Shown piece by piece: positions 24,215-26,970 of a stretch of DNA of 26,970 bases. The stretch is taken from positions 1-26,970 of the forward strand of contig JAQGDQ010001746.1 of NCBI GenBank assembly GCA_030141605.1, read 5' to 3'. The translations under genes and the position numbers were made by a program. The notes under the pieces are model-generated. The model was given only the letters and a program-made list of their open reading frames with translations. It made no database searches and was not told the DNA's origin. Position 1 is the first letter of the stretch. Every line of letters begins with the position of its first letter. Origin of the DNA: Tubiluchus corallicola. Its lineage: Eukaryota > Animalia > Priapulida.

Positions 24215-24904
24215 TAGGTAGTGGATGGGAATAGTAAATATGGGTGGAGTTTTGAATATCATAAGTGCAGTTCTTCTAGTGTATACGTGAGTTGTACAGG
24301 TAAATACTCCGGTATGCGAAATACTGATATTATTGGATAATTCTAAAAAACGTATAGCTGAAAAGTTTCCTTTGTCCATAATATCCTGTTTTATCTCAGT
24401 TAAACTGGACCTTGTTTGAGAAGAAACAGCGTTGAAAATTGTACAGTAAGATTAAGATATTCTTTTAAACAAAATTATTCCTGCTTAGACTGCAATTGTC
24501 AGTGGTGTTACTACTGATGTGCTAAGCAGTGTGACATGTAAGCAGATGTGATCTACACACATTTAAACTTTATGCAACTTAAATGAACACATGAAACTTT
24601 ATGAATGTATATACAACAAAATAATAGCACTAACAAAATTTAAATGTAGTTCGACGAACAAAATTATATCCCATATTAAATTTTAATTGGTTTAATTTCA
24701 CAAAATGTAAGGAAATCAGAACCTAGTTAAATGTTTTCGCGTTAAATGATGTTACAGTCATTAATGTTAATAATAGTCACCAACGCTACGCAGAATAAAT
24801 TCATCATTTGCAAAATTGACAAAACCGTTGAACAACAGATCATTTCTGTACAGACAAAAATCATTTATACATCCAGTTAGACACTAATCTAATAGTAATT
24901 TGCG

Positions 24905-26970
24905 TTTAGGACGTCTAAACAGTAAATGTTCTGGGTTTGAGCTTCTTCTAAGCTTAGGACGTCTAAACAGTAAATGTTCTGGGTTTGAGCTTCTTCTAAG
25001 CTTAGGACGTCTAAACAGTAAATGTTCTGGGGTTTGAGCTTCTTCTAAGCTTAGGACGTCTAAACAGTAAATGTTCTGGGGTTTGAGCTTCCTCTAAGCT
25101 TAGGACATCTAAATAGTAAATGTTCTGGGTTTGAGCTTCCTCTAAGCTTAGGACATCTAAACAGCAAATGTTCTGGGGTTTGAGCTTCCTCTAAGCTTAG
25201 GACATCTAAATAGTAAATGTTCTGGGGTCTGAGCTTCCTCTAAGCTTAGGACGTCTAAACAGTAAATGTTCTGGGGTCTGAGCTTCTTCTAAGCTTAGGA
25301 CATCTAAACAGTAAATGTTCTGGGTTTGAGCTTCTTCTAAGCTTAGGACATCTAAACAGTAAATGTTCTGGGGTTTGAGTTTCATCTATGCTTAGGACAT
25401 CTAAACAGTAAATGTTCGGGGTTTGAGCTTCTTCTAAGCTTAGGACGTCTAAACAGTAAATGTTCTGGGGTTTGAGCTTCTTCTAAGCTTAGGACGTCTA
25501 AACAGTAAATGTTCTGGGGTTTGAGCTTCCTCTAAGCTTAGGACATCTAAACAGTAAATGTTCTGGGTTTGAGCTTCCTCTAAGTTTAGGACATCTAAAT
25601 AGTAAATGTTCAGGGGTTTGAGCTTCCTCTAAGCTTAGGACGTCTAAACAGTAAATGTTCTGGGTTTGAGCTTCCTCTAAGCTTAGGACATCTAAATAGT
25701 AAATGTTCTGGGGTTTGAGCTTCTTCTAAGCTTAGGACGTCTAAACAGTAAATGTTCTGGTGTTTGAGCTTCCTCTAAGTTTAGGACGTCTAAACAGTAA
25801 ATGTTCTGGGGTTTGAGCTTCCTCTAAGCTTAGGACATCTAAACAGCAAATGTTCTGGGGTTTGAGCTTCCTCTAAGATTAGGACGTCTAAACAGTAAAT
25901 GTTCAGGGGTTTGAGCTTCTTCTAAGCTTAGGACATCTAAATAGTAAATGTTCTGGGGTTTGAGCTTCTTCTAAGCTTAGGACATCTAAATAGTAAATGT
26001 TCTGGGTTTGAGCCTCCTCTAAGCTTACGACATCTAAATAGTAAATGTTCTGGGGTCTGAGCCTCTGCCTAGACATGTAAACAGCAAATGTTCTGTTTGA
26101 GCTTCTTCTAAGCTTAGACATCTAAATTAAATGTTCTGAGGTTTGAGCTTCCTCTAAGCTTAGGACATCTAAACAGTAAATGTTCTGGGGTTTGAGCTTC
26201 CTCTAAGTTTAGGACGTCTAAATAGTAAATGTTCTGGGGTTTGAGCCTCCTCTAAGCTTAGGACGTCTAAACAGTAAATGTTCAGGGGTTTGAGCTTCTT
26301 CTAAGCTTAGGACATCTAAATAGTAAATGTTCTGGGGTTTGAGCTTCTTCTAAGCTTAGGACATCTAAATAGTAAATGTTCTGGGGTTTGAGCCTCCTCT
26401 AAGCTTACGACATCTAAATAGTAAATGTTCTGGGGTCTGAGCTTCCTCTAAGCTTAGGACATGTAAACAGCAAATGTTCTGGGGTTTGAGCTTCTTCTAA
26501 GCTTAGGACATCTAAACTGTAAATGTTCTGAGGTTTGAGCTTCCTCTAAGCTTAGGACATCTAAACAGTAAATGTTCTGGGGTTTGAGCTTCCTCTAAGT
26601 TTAGGACGTCTAAACAGCAAATGTTCTGGGGTTTGAGCTTCCTCTAAGTTTAGGACATCTAAATAGTAAATGTTCTGGGGTTTGAGCCTCCTCTAAGCTT
26701 AGGACGTCTAAACAGTAAATGTTCAGGGGTTTGAGCTTCTTCTAAGCTTAGGACATCTAAATAGTAAATGTTCTGGGGTTTGAGCTTCTTCTAAGCTTAG
26801 GACATCTAAATAGTAAATGTTCTGGGGTTTGAGCCTCCTCTAAGCTTACGACATCTAAATAGTAAATGTTCTGGGGTCTGAGCTTCCTGTAAGCTTAGGA
26901 AACCTAAATAGTAAATGTTCTGGGGTTTGAGCTTCTTCTAAGCTTAGGACATCTAAATAGTAAATGTTCT
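24905..26970. repeat. Tandem satellite, 48-49-bp unit, about 42 copies, continuing beyond the window
   Basis: Unit ttaggac(g/a)tctaaa(c/t)agtaaatgttctgggg tttgagcttc(t/c)tctaagc; length varies with a G3/G4 run. Confidence 0.98.

Noticed and set aside
24905-26970. CRISPR array, TTAGG telomere, or the 72-aa ORF at 25903-26121
   Set aside because: Units are contiguous without spacers, TTAGG occurs only once per unit, and the ORF is a by-product of indels in the repeat.

Overview
AT-rich, repeat-dense eukaryotic genomic DNA, most likely from an invertebrate animal; nothing prokaryotic and no CRISPR. Two divergently oriented, intron-containing gene fragments are visible. Gene A (minus strand) has a signal-peptide exon (5009-4952) that splices in phase 1 onto an open 177-nt exon (2868-2692). 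Gene B (plus strand) has a canonical EGF-like exon (22317-22430) and a possible signal-peptide exon at 21563. Repeats include a >=2.3-kb imperfect palindrome at the left edge, a ~1.5-kb compound CAG/TAG trinucleotide tract inside intron 1 of gene A, a 28 x 137-bp hairpin-forming satellite enclosed by a ~600-bp inverted repeat pair, and a 48-49-bp satellite with higher-order structure running off the right edge. Mobile elements include an RTEX-like LINE with intact ORF1 and an ORF2 cut off inside the RT, a MITE, and two TSD-flanked short non-autonomous RTE elements with different 5' heads, one of which matches the first ~24 nt of 5S rRNA. A diverged ~330-350-bp non-coding block with DR1-like sites lies beside the putative first exon of each gene. 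All calls were made by eye; no searches were run.
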